Part shown: positions 37,479 through 45,195 of the stretch, piece after piece
How positions within the stretch are numbered: position 1 is the stretch's first letter
How the letters are laid out: the number at the start of each line of letters is the position of its first letter
Origin: an uncultured Anaerolineales bacterium
GTDB lineage: Bacteria > Chloroflexota > Anaerolineae > Anaerolineales > Villigracilaceae
Direction of reading: 5' to 3'
Assembly (NCBI GenBank): GCA_942492975.1
Contig: OW818655.1
Coordinates: 2,499,281 to 2,563,280 of the forward strand
Length of the DNA: 64,000 nt
Program-made: the position numbers and the translations under genes
Notes under the pieces: generated by a model
What the model was told of the DNA's origin: nothing
Database searches by the model: none
What the model saw: only the letters and a program-made list of their open reading frames with translations

Positions 37479-38567
37479 ATGTATTCCAAAATCCGACCTT
37501 ATCTTTTCAAGCTCGAATCTGAACGCGCACATCTGTTGACCCTGAACGCGATCCGTCGGGTGGGGAACTTTACCCCCACCCGTTGGCTGCTCACACAGCT
37601 TTTCAAAGTCCGTGCAAAGCCCGTGGAGGCCTTTGGATTAACTTTCAAAAATCCAATTGGGATCGCTGCTGGCTATGACAAGGATGCCCGCGCCATTAAA
37701 GGTCTCGGCGCTTTGGGATTCGGCCACGTGGAAATAGGAACGATCACTCCCCGCCCTCAATCTGGCAACCCGTCCCCGCGCATTTTCCGTCTGATAGAAG
37801 ATGAAGCCGTGATCAACCGCATGGGATTCCCTTCACGCGGCTCTGAGTTTGTGCAAATGCAGCTCAATCCCTATCTTCGCCCCAGCGCAATGGAAAGATA
37901 TTTTGGGTTCGTCCCCCCAAACAAAAAAATGACGCCAAGAAAAATAGACAAGGGCAATCTCATCCTTGGCATTAACATTGGCAAAAATAAAGAAACACCC
38001 AACGAAGAAGCCGCACTGGATTACGTCGCTCTGGTGGACAACTTCTCACTCTACGCAGATTACTTCGCCATCAACATCAGTTCCCCGAACACCGCGGGAC
38101 TGCGCGCCTTGCAGGAACGAACTGCACTTGAAGATCTGCTGAAACACATCCACGAGCAGCGTGTGGTCAGTGAGAAATATCATGACAAGCGCCTGCCGCT
38201 TCTTGTCAAATTATCCCCAGATCTTTCTAATGCAGAGTTGGACGATGCGCTTGAAGTCATCCTCAATGCAAAGATGGACGGCGTCATCGTTACGAACACA
38301 ACTTTATCGCGCGAGGGATTGAGATCAAGCCTCAAGGGAGAAACAGGCGGCTTGAGCGGCAAACCACTGACAGTTAAGAGTGAAGCGGTTCTTTATCAAA
38401 CGATCAAGCGTATCAACGGAGCCATCCCTGTGGTGAGTGTGGGCGGAGTCATGAATCCTGATGATGCAAAACGCCGCCTCGATATGGGAGCGGCGCTGGT
38501 GCAGTTGTATACGGGGCTGGTTTATCACGGGCCCGGGCTAGTGAAAGAAATTTTGAAATCACTGTAA
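37479..38567 (+). CDS. pyrD: Dihydroorotate dehydrogenase (quinone), class 2
   Basis: GFGHVEIGTITP, NISSPNT and GGLSG motifs, with an N-terminal membrane-association extension. Confidence 0.92.
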   Translation: MYSKIRPYLFKLESERAHLLTLNAIRRVGNFTPTRWLLTQLFKVRAKPVEAFGLTFKNPIGIAAGYDKDARAIKGLGALGFGHVEIGTITPRPQSGNPSPRIFRLIEDEAVINRMGFPSRGSEFVQMQLNPYLRPSAMERYFGFVPPNKKMTPRKIDKGNLILGINIGKNKETPNEEAALDYVALVDNFSLYADYFAINISSPNTAGLRALQERTALEDLLKHIHEQRVVSEKYHDKRLPLLVKLSPDLSNAELDDALEVILNAKMDGVIVTNTTLSREGLRSSLKGETGGLSGKPLTVKSEAVLYQTIKRINGAIPVVSVGGVMNPDDAKRRLDMGAALVQLYTGLVYHGPGLVKEILKSL

Positions 38568-38581
38568 GAGAATTTTTGTGC

Positions 38582-39211
38582 CTACGAAGGCATGTATAAA
38601 CCGCCTGTCGCTTCCATCCAATCGGCGATCTTTTCGGTGGCAGATTGGATATTGTTATCTGAAACATCCAACTCAAGCAAAGGCAAAATTGATTCGCGGG
38701 CAAGCCTGCGGATCAATTTTTGTTCTTCGATGAAAAGGTTCAGATCATCGTATTGAGACGGGTTGCCCGAAACCTTGAGCCGTTCGTCGCGCGCGGCTTC
38801 GAAAGATTCGGGTGAGCGCGTTAGCAGCACAAGACGAAAATTCAGCGGGAGCAATCGTTCTTCCAGCCAGCGAAAATCATAATCTTTTTTATAGGTGTTC
38901 AATTGATACATGCGCGTGGACAGGTGAAAACGATCCACGATCCATGAATAATATTTTTGCAATTCAAAGAGCTTCACCCAGGTGGCGTAGGTTTCCATGG
39001 CAAGCGCTTCTTCCTGCGGCTCAAAGTTGATCAGCCCGCGCCCCCAGGGAAAGTTGGTGAATGCACACCATTCGCCAGAGATCAACGGCGAATGATATTT
39101 ATATTTGCGCGGCCCCACCACACGCGGGTGTTCATTGAGCGCGAATGCAATATCGGTTTTGAAGGTCAGGCGGGTGCCTTCGAGAATGATCTTGGGGGTA
39201 AGTTTGCTCAT
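38582..39211 (-). CDS. Hypothetical protein (209 aa)
   Basis: ORF track. ATGA overlap with the upstream TPR gene. No domain recognised. Confidence 0.6.
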   Translation of the reverse strand: MSKLTPKIILEGTRLTFKTDIAFALNEHPRVVGPRKYKYHSPLISGEWCAFTNFPWGRGLINFEPQEEALAMETYATWVKLFELQKYYSWIVDRFHLSTRMYQLNTYKKDYDFRWLEERLLPLNFRLVLLTRSPESFEAARDERLKVSGNPSQYDDLNLFIEEQKLIRRLARESILPLLELDVSDNNIQSATEKIADWMEATGGLYMPS

Positions 39212-40059
39212 GGTTGATCGATAAATTTCTCCAGTTCAGATTCCAGACTATAACCAAGGTTGCGTGCCTTGAGCAGGTATTGTTTTGCCTTCGCAAAATC
39301 CTGCACAGGGGATTCATCATAATAGGAAAAACCAAGATAATAATTTAACTCGGCATCACCCTGATAGGCTGGATAAGCCAGTTCAAAATAATTGACAGCA
39401 TTTTCCAGATCCTGCAAGGAAAAGTAATTATAGCCAATGAATATTTGTGCGTCTGCAATGTAGGAAGAATTCTGTGCCTTGTATAACCGCTCGGCTTCTT
39501 TAAGGCTATCAATGGAATTCTGGTATTGACCGATGTCGTAGTAGGCCATGCCAAGTCCAAAATAGCCTTCAGGATTTTCAGGAGCCATGAGACTCAATTG
39601 TTTGAAGGTGGAAATGGCTTCATCATATCTCCCCAACTGGCGGTAGGCATTGGCCAATCCCAAATAGGCTACATCATTCTCCGGGAAAACCTCAATCGAA
39701 CGCAAATACCAATGAATCGATTCTTCTGTTCTGCCAAGCCGTTTTAAATTCAAGCCAAGATTATCCATTGCATCACAGTATTCAGGATCAAGCTCGATGG
39801 CATTCTTATAAAGCTCAATTGCCCTTTCGTAATTTCCAGCCTGCTCCTCTGTAAGTCCTTGATTATAAGCATCCGTTGCACCTGGGATGTCTGAAGGACA
39901 GTACACATCCTCTTCGATCACACTGATTGTATATGTAGGTGTGAAAATCGGACCAGCCGCTGTGGTTGGAATAGCGGTGGGCGGTGTCAGGGATCTTGTA
40001 AGAAAAGAACAGGCTAAAGAACTAAGAACAAGCAAAATGGCGGACAAGTATTTTTTCAT
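39208..40059 (-). CDS. TPR repeat lipoprotein
   Basis: Lipobox LSSLAC and multiple TPR units. Start trimmed to MKKYLSAILL. Confidence 0.8.
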   Translation of the reverse strand: MKKYLSAILLVLSSLACSFLTRSLTPPTAIPTTAAGPIFTPTYTISVIEEDVYCPSDIPGATDAYNQGLTEEQAGNYERAIELYKNAIELDPEYCDAMDNLGLNLKRLGRTEESIHWYLRSIEVFPENDVAYLGLANAYRQLGRYDEAISTFKQLSLMAPENPEGYFGLGMAYYDIGQYQNSIDSLKEAERLYKAQNSSYIADAQIFIGYNYFSLQDLENAVNYFELAYPAYQGDAELNYYLGFSYYDESPVQDFAKAKQYLLKARNLGYSLESELEKFIDQP

Positions 40060-40211
40060 GGATTTCTCTCTTTTAGGCAATTCGAATAAATTCCATTTTC
40101 ACACCGATGCCCCTTGAGAAAATAGCCCATTCGTCCTGTTATGAAACTCTAACGAAACTCTGAAACGATTCCCTGCTACAGTTGTGGTATATTCGCGCAG
40201 TAGGTAACCTT

Positions 40212-40577
40212 ATGGAAGATAAAATCACAATCATTGAAGGTCCGCCCCCCGTTTTTGAACACGTCAACGACGGATGGGCAATGGGCTTGAACGAAAGCCC
40301 GAATTTGTCTGTTCCTGCGCTCACGCGCCTGCGAACATTCAACGGCCCCGCGTTGGTCGAAAGATGCTACAACGCCTGGCACAACAAGGCATCCATCCAG
40401 CTGCATTATCGCAACGACATGGGCCTTGAACAAACTGCACCCATCCTCGCCGCCCGTAATGTGGAAACTCCGGACGGACACGTTTTGCTGCTGTGGGTTT
40501 ACCTCGACAGCGAAAAAGTGGAATTTGAAATGGATGCAGGCGAAGACGATTTCTCAGACGACTTCCCCGACGAATAG
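40212..40577 (+). CDS. Hypothetical protein with acidic C-terminus (121 aa)
   Basis: Track ORF trimmed to MEDKITIIEG. Followed by a strong terminator. Confidence 0.55.
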   Translation: MEDKITIIEGPPPVFEHVNDGWAMGLNESPNLSVPALTRLRTFNGPALVERCYNAWHNKASIQLHYRNDMGLEQTAPILAARNVETPDGHVLLLWVYLDSEKVEFEMDAGEDDFSDDFPDE

Positions 40578-40586
40578 AGTTTACAA

Positions 40587-40625
40587 AAAAGTGACAGTCA
40601 CCTTTAAGGTGACTGTCACTTTTTC
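40587..40625 (+). terminator. Rho-independent terminator
   Basis: gtgacagtcacc-tttaa-ggtgactgtcac flanked by an A-run and a T-run. Confidence 0.85.
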
Positions 40626-40637
40626 TTAAGAGGATAC

Positions 40638-41408
40638 ATGACAACAACGTTTCTCTCCACGCTCGAATCTGGCACAGCAGTTCTGACGCTTAACCGCCCC
40701 GTGCGCGCCAACGCCTTTAACTTTGAAATGACCAATGAATTAAGAAACACCCTCGCCCAGGCAGAGAAAGACTCGAACGTGAGGTGCGTGGTCATCACTG
40801 GCGCGGGCAAAGTTTTCAGCGCAGGCCAGGACATCACCGAAATGAAACAGGGTGAAGCAATTTCGTACCGCGAGCATTTGGAGAAAACCTACAACCCGTT
40901 GATCCTGCAAATTCGCGGCATGGGCAAACCTGTCATCGCCGCAGTCAATGGAGCGTGCGCAGGCGCGGCCTTTGGAATTGCCCTCGCCTGTGACTTGCGC
41001 ATCGCGCACTCCAGCGCGTACTTCGTGGTGGGTTTCAGCGGCATTGCGCTCGCGCCTGATTCTGGCGTTTCCCTGTTGCTGCCAAAATATATCGGCCTCG
41101 GCCGTGCGCAGCAATATTTTTATTCCAACAAACCCATCCCCGCGCAATTGGGCTATGAATGGGGATTGGTCAATCAAGTAGGTGGATACAACTATCAGAA
41201 GCTAGTCATGCAAATTGCGGGCGAGCTGGCCGCAGGTCCGCGGGAGGCGTTTGCTTTGGGCAAGAAAGCTTTCAACGGGGCGATCCTGCCAAATTTGGAA
41301 GAGGCGCTCCACGATGAAGGCATCCTGCAAGATGAAGCGGGAAGATCAGCAGAGCATCGTGAAGGGGTGGCCGCATTTCTGGGAAAACGAAGGCCGAAGT
41401 ACGGATAA
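40638..41408 (+). CDS. Enoyl-CoA hydratase/isomerase (crotonase) family protein
   Basis: VVITGAGKVFSAGQDI and AAVNGACAGAAFGIALACD oxyanion-hole motifs. Confidence 0.9.
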   Translation: MTTTFLSTLESGTAVLTLNRPVRANAFNFEMTNELRNTLAQAEKDSNVRCVVITGAGKVFSAGQDITEMKQGEAISYREHLEKTYNPLILQIRGMGKPVIAAVNGACAGAAFGIALACDLRIAHSSAYFVVGFSGIALAPDSGVSLLLPKYIGLGRAQQYFYSNKPIPAQLGYEWGLVNQVGGYNYQKLVMQIAGELAAGPREAFALGKKAFNGAILPNLEEALHDEGILQDEAGRSAEHREGVAAFLGKRRPKYG

Positions 41409-41589
41409 ATCGCATCCTCCATTCCCCAAATGGGTTATAAAAAGCACGCAAAAAACGCCACTTTTGGTCAAAATATGTGGACTTTTGTCATATTGACGCA
41501 AGTTTGATTCTCGTGTAAATTTCATAGGCATTCGCGTTTTATTGGACAACAAAAATATGAATCAGCGTAATGACATACATCGTGATCAA

Positions 41590-41629
41590 AGCGGGCACCC
41601 TTCTTTCCCGGGGTGTCCGCTTATATTTT
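41590..41629 (+). promoter_or_regulatory. Terminator-like hairpin inside the gdh 5' region
   Basis: 10-bp stem gcgggcaccc / gggtgtccgc (one G-U) followed by TTATATTTT, 27 nt before the gdh ATG and about 180 nt after the previous stop. Confidence 0.4.
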
Positions 41630-41655
41630 CTCTACAACCTATTTAGGAGAACAAC

Positions 41656-42954
41656 ATGTCAGGACCCATTAATGCTTTTGAAATGGCGCAGAAACAGTTC
41701 GATGCTGTTGCCAAACAATTGAAACTCGATGCGGGCGTGTCTGAAGTTTTACGCTGGCCAATGCGCGAGTTTTCCTTCCGCATTCCCGTGCGTTTGGATG
41801 ACGGTTCACTCAAGGTTTTTCAGGGTTTCCGCGTACAGCATAACGATGCGCGCGGCCCCAACAAAGGCGGCATCCGCTTCCACCCTGCAGAGACGATGGA
41901 CACCGTCCGCGCGCTCGCCACGTGGATGACCTGGAAATGCGCCGTTGCAGACATCCCGCTTGGCGGCGGCAAGGGCGGCATCATTGTCGACCCGTCCACA
42001 TTGACCGTGAATGAAAAAGAAGAACTCTGCCGCGGTTGGGTACGCGCCATGTGGAAGAACATTGGTCCACGCAATGATGTACCCGCCCCGGATGTGGGCA
42101 CCACTCCTCAAATGATGGGCTGGATGATGGACGAATATTCCCGCCTCGTGGGTCAATACACCCCTGGCGTGTTCACCGGCAAGCCTCTTGGCGGCGGCGG
42201 TTCATTGGGCCGCACCGAAGCCACTGGCTACGGCGTGATCTACACCGTGCGCGAAGCGATGAAGCACATCGGCATGGATCCCAAAAAATCTGTCGCAGCT
42301 CTTCAGGGCTTTGGCAACGTTTCACAATATGCAGCCATTGGCTTCGTCGAAATGCTCGGCGGAACAGTTGCTTGTGTTTCCTGCTACGACCGTCACGATA
42401 AGAAAGCTTACACCTACAGCAAGAAGGGCGGCATCGACCCCCGCTTCCTGCTCTCCATCGTGGACGAGTACGGCACCATCGACAAGAAGAAAGCCATGGA
42501 CTCCGGTTACGAAGTTAGCGACGGCGACAAGTGGATCGAGATGGAAGCCGATGTATTGATCCCTGCCGCGCTCGAAGGCCAAGTCAATGCTGATACCGTC
42601 AAGAAAATGTCCAAGGGCATTCGCATTGTGGCTGAAGGCGCCAACGGCCCCACCACCCCCGAAGCAGATGAACATTTCAAGAAGAACAACATCTTCAACA
42701 TTCCAGATTTCCTCTGCAATGCTGGCGGCGTTACCACTTCCTACTTCGAACAGGTTCAGAACGACATGAACTTCTACTGGTCCAGAGAAGAAGTGCTCGA
42801 AAAACTTGACCAGAAGATGACCTCCGCTTTCCACGGCGTGCTCGACCGCAGTGAAAAAGAAAAGGTCTACATGCGCGACGCAGCCTACATGGTCGCCATC
42901 GACCGCGTAGTCAAAGCCATGGATCTTCGCGGCTGGTTGACTGGGAACGCGTAG
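41656..42954 (+). CDS. gdhA: Glutamate dehydrogenase (Glu/Leu/Phe/Val dehydrogenase family)
   Basis: Catalytic PLGGGKGG motif and the Rossmann motif GFGNVS. Confidence 0.93.
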   Translation: MSGPINAFEMAQKQFDAVAKQLKLDAGVSEVLRWPMREFSFRIPVRLDDGSLKVFQGFRVQHNDARGPNKGGIRFHPAETMDTVRALATWMTWKCAVADIPLGGGKGGIIVDPSTLTVNEKEELCRGWVRAMWKNIGPRNDVPAPDVGTTPQMMGWMMDEYSRLVGQYTPGVFTGKPLGGGGSLGRTEATGYGVIYTVREAMKHIGMDPKKSVAALQGFGNVSQYAAIGFVEMLGGTVACVSCYDRHDKKAYTYSKKGGIDPRFLLSIVDEYGTIDKKKAMDSGYEVSDGDKWIEMEADVLIPAALEGQVNADTVKKMSKGIRIVAEGANGPTTPEADEHFKKNNIFNIPDFLCNAGGVTTSYFEQVQNDMNFYWSREEVLEKLDQKMTSAFHGVLDRSEKEKVYMRDAAYMVAIDRVVKAMDLRGWLTGNA

Positions 42955-42973
42955 TAAAAAGATTTGAAACCAA

Positions 42974-43008
42974 AAAAGAGGATGTGCTTCGCGGCGCATC
43001 CTCTTTTT
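42974..43008 (+). terminator. Rho-independent terminator of gdh
   Basis: aagaggatgtgc-ttcgcg-gcgcatcctctt followed by TTT. Confidence 0.8.
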
Positions 43009-43087
43009 GATTCACGCTTCTTTCTTAATCTCGAACCTGTTTCTGTTTTTTCAAACAGTTTCTACGCTGAGGGTGTAAGAGCTATTT

Positions 43088-43151
43088 CATCCCTTCGGGA
43101 TTTGTGATCTCGCTGCCGTCATTTCTAGAATCCTGCCATCCCTTCGGGATT
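43088..43151 (+). repeat. Two exact copies of CATCCCTTCGGGATT (UUCG-tetraloop mini-hairpins)
   Basis: 43088-43102 and 43137-43151 are identical. Each folds as AUCC-C(UUCG)G-GGAU. Confidence 0.7.
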
Positions 43152-43223
43152 GAAATATGGAAGAATCTCATCTCATGGACATTTGATACAATCACTGGAA
43201 ATATTAGAAGTTATCTCAAAAGT

Positions 43224-43277
43224 GTCATCCTGAGCGATAGCGAAGGATCTCTACCTCGTTACAAGAGACCCTTCGGG
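43224..43277 (+). repeat. Dispersed intergenic repeat, copy 2 (inverted relative to copy 1)
   Basis: gtcatcctgagcgatagcgaaggatctctacctcgttacaagagacccttcgg matches the reverse complement of 13716-13768. Confidence 0.7.
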
Positions 43278-43311
43278 ATGGCGAAAACTATATTTTTGAG
43301 ACGGGTTCTAG

Positions 43312-43339
43312 CTGTTCTCTGTTCTCTGTTCTCTGTTCC
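43312..43339 (+). repeat. Tandem heptamer CTGTTCT x4 upstream of gcdH
   Basis: Read directly. Ends 33 nt before the gcdH ATG. Confidence 0.8.
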
Positions 43340-43372
43340 CCTATCTTCTCCACTCTCCAAACGAGGCAACTC

Positions 43373-44548
43373 ATGTCAAAACAATCTTTCAAATGGGACG
43401 ACCCCTTCCTGCTCAACGATCAACTCACAGACGAAGAACGCATGATCCGCGACACGGCGCGAAAATATTGTCAGGATAAGTTAATGCCGCGCATCCTTGA
43501 AGCGAATCGAAACGAAACTTTTGAGCGCAGTATCATGACCGAGATGGGAAATATCGGTTTGCTCGGCGCCACCATCCCTGAAGAATACGGCGGCGCAGGC
43601 TTGAACTATGTCTCCTACGGATTGATCGCCCGTGAAGTAGAGCGCGTGGACAGCGGCTATCGCAGCGCGATGAGTGTGCAAAGTTCGCTGGTGATGCATC
43701 CCATTTATGCATACGGTTCTGAAGAACAACGCAAAAAATATTTACCCAAACTCGCCAGCGGAGAATGGGTTGGCTGTTTCGGGTTGACCGAACCCAACCA
43801 TGGCAGTGACCCTAGCAGCATGGAAACCCGCGCCAAAAAAGTGGACGGCGGCTATATTTTGCACGGCAACAAAATGTGGATCACCAATTCGCCGATCGCG
43901 GATGTGTTTATTATTTGGGCAAAATTAGATGGCGAGATCCACGGTTTCATTCTTGAAAAAGGAATGAAAGGCTTGAGCGCGCCGAAGATCGAAGGCAAGT
44001 TCAGTCTGCGTGCCAGCATCACTGGCGAGATCGTGATGGAAGAAGTTTTTGTACCCGCTGAAAATTTACTCCCCAACGTCAGCGGACTAAAAGGTCCGTT
44101 TGGATGTTTGAACAAAGCCCGTTATGGAATTGCATGGGGCGCATTGGGTGCAGCAGAATTCTGCTGGCACGCGGCGCGGCAATACACATTGGACCGTCCG
44201 CAGTTTGGGCGGCCATTGGCGGCGAACCAGATCATTCAACTGAAACTGGCGAACATGATGACAGAAATAACATTGGGCTTGCAAGGCGCACTGCGCGTTG
44301 GCCGCCTGATGGACGAAGACAAATCCACGCCTGAGATGATCTCACTGATCAAGCGTAATTCGTGCGGCAAATCTTTGGATATTGCACGCATGTCTCGTGA
44401 TATGCACGGTGGCAACGGCATCTCGGATGAATTCCACGTGATACGGCATGTGATGAATCTGGAAGCGGTCAATACGTATGAAGGCACGCATGATATCCAC
44501 GCATTGATATTAGGCAGAGCACAGACAGGCATTCAGGCGTTTTCATAA
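43373..44548 (+). CDS. gcdH: Glutaryl-CoA dehydrogenase
   Basis: Long stretches match the GCDH sequence I recall ([51 protein letters not shown]). Confidence 0.93.
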   Translation: MSKQSFKWDDPFLLNDQLTDEERMIRDTARKYCQDKLMPRILEANRNETFERSIMTEMGNIGLLGATIPEEYGGAGLNYVSYGLIAREVERVDSGYRSAMSVQSSLVMHPIYAYGSEEQRKKYLPKLASGEWVGCFGLTEPNHGSDPSSMETRAKKVDGGYILHGNKMWITNSPIADVFIIWAKLDGEIHGFILEKGMKGLSAPKIEGKFSLRASITGEIVMEEVFVPAENLLPNVSGLKGPFGCLNKARYGIAWGALGAAEFCWHAARQYTLDRPQFGRPLAANQIIQLKLANMMTEITLGLQGALRVGRLMDEDKSTPEMISLIKRNSCGKSLDIARMSRDMHGGNGISDEFHVIRHVMNLEAVNTYEGTHDIHALILGRAQTGIQAFS

Positions 44549-44558
44549 ACCAGATGCC

Positions 44559-44593
44559 AAACCGCCGACGATATCTCGTCGGCGGTTTTTGTT
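44559..44593. terminator. Bidirectional terminator between gcdH and rhodanese gene
   Basis: aaaccgccgacg-atatct-cgtcggcggttt followed by a T-run. Confidence 0.85.
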
Positions 44594-44662
44594 TAAGGCG
44601 AATTTGTTAGAGCTTGATCCTGCTGGTGATGCAGAGTCAAACTGGGGCGGAGCATGAAGCGT

Positions 44663-45121
44663 TTATGGCTCCAGCAGAAAACCTGCATCCACCCAGGCGG
44701 CGAGTCCACCGAGGAGAGCATCTGCTTTGGTGTATCCGTTCTGTAAAAGGAGGAACGCCGCACGGGCGCTCGTGTGTTCACTCGGTCAGGTGCAGTAGGT
44801 AATGATCCACTGATCTTTTTCCAAAGTGAGGTTGCCAATATTATTTTCGAACTCATCCAAAGGAATGGAGATCGCTCCCTGCGCATGGCTGGCGGCGTAG
44901 GCTTCCGCGCTGCGCACATCCACGATGACGGCCTGGCCTGAGTCAAGCGCGGCTTTGGCATCCTCCACGGAGATGCGCGGAACGGCATCTTCTGTTTGCG
45001 GGATCACGACCGCTACAACAGGCTGCGCCGCGAATTCGTTCTGCGGCTGGGGCGCGGCACATGCGCTGATCGCAAGCAAAAACATGGCCGCTATTAATAG
45101 AATTTTTTTTGTTCCTCTCAT
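44663..45121 (-). CDS. Rhodanese-like sulfurtransferase lipoprotein with in-frame TGA at 44786-44788 (candidate selenocysteine; alternatively nonsense-disrupted)
   Basis: The track ORF stops at ...WIITYCT-TGA. The same frame continues PSEHTSARAAFLLLQNGYTKADALLGGLAAWVDAGFLLEP-TAA (44663), which completes a rhodanese domain. Lipobox LAISAC. The ATG at 45121 is preceded by AGAGG. Confidence 0.6.
44753..44771 (-). other. SECIS-like hairpin downstream of the in-frame UGA
   Basis: GAGCGCC-CGUGC-GGCGUUC (7 bp including one G-U) starts 14 nt after the UGA. It is extendable by GUGAA/UUUAC across a 5x5 internal loop. Confidence 0.4.
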
Positions 45122-45195
45122 GAACACCTCTATGATCTATATATAAAAATTCATCCCGCAATAGAACTGCGGGATGAATTAACGCACAGGAAAAA

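Noticed and set aside
41557-41646. 29-codon leader-peptide-like ORF (MNQRNDIHRDQSGHPSFPGCPLIFSLQPI) in the gdh leader.
   Set aside because: It has no SD, and its composition shows no obvious enrichment of regulatory codons.
42322-42999. 225-aa minus-strand ORF.
   Set aside because: Antisense to glutamate dehydrogenase.
43104-43445. 113-aa plus-strand ORF (GTG start).
   Set aside because: It is built from the intergenic repeat elements ([10 protein letters not shown]... is the repeat translated) and runs into the gcdH start.
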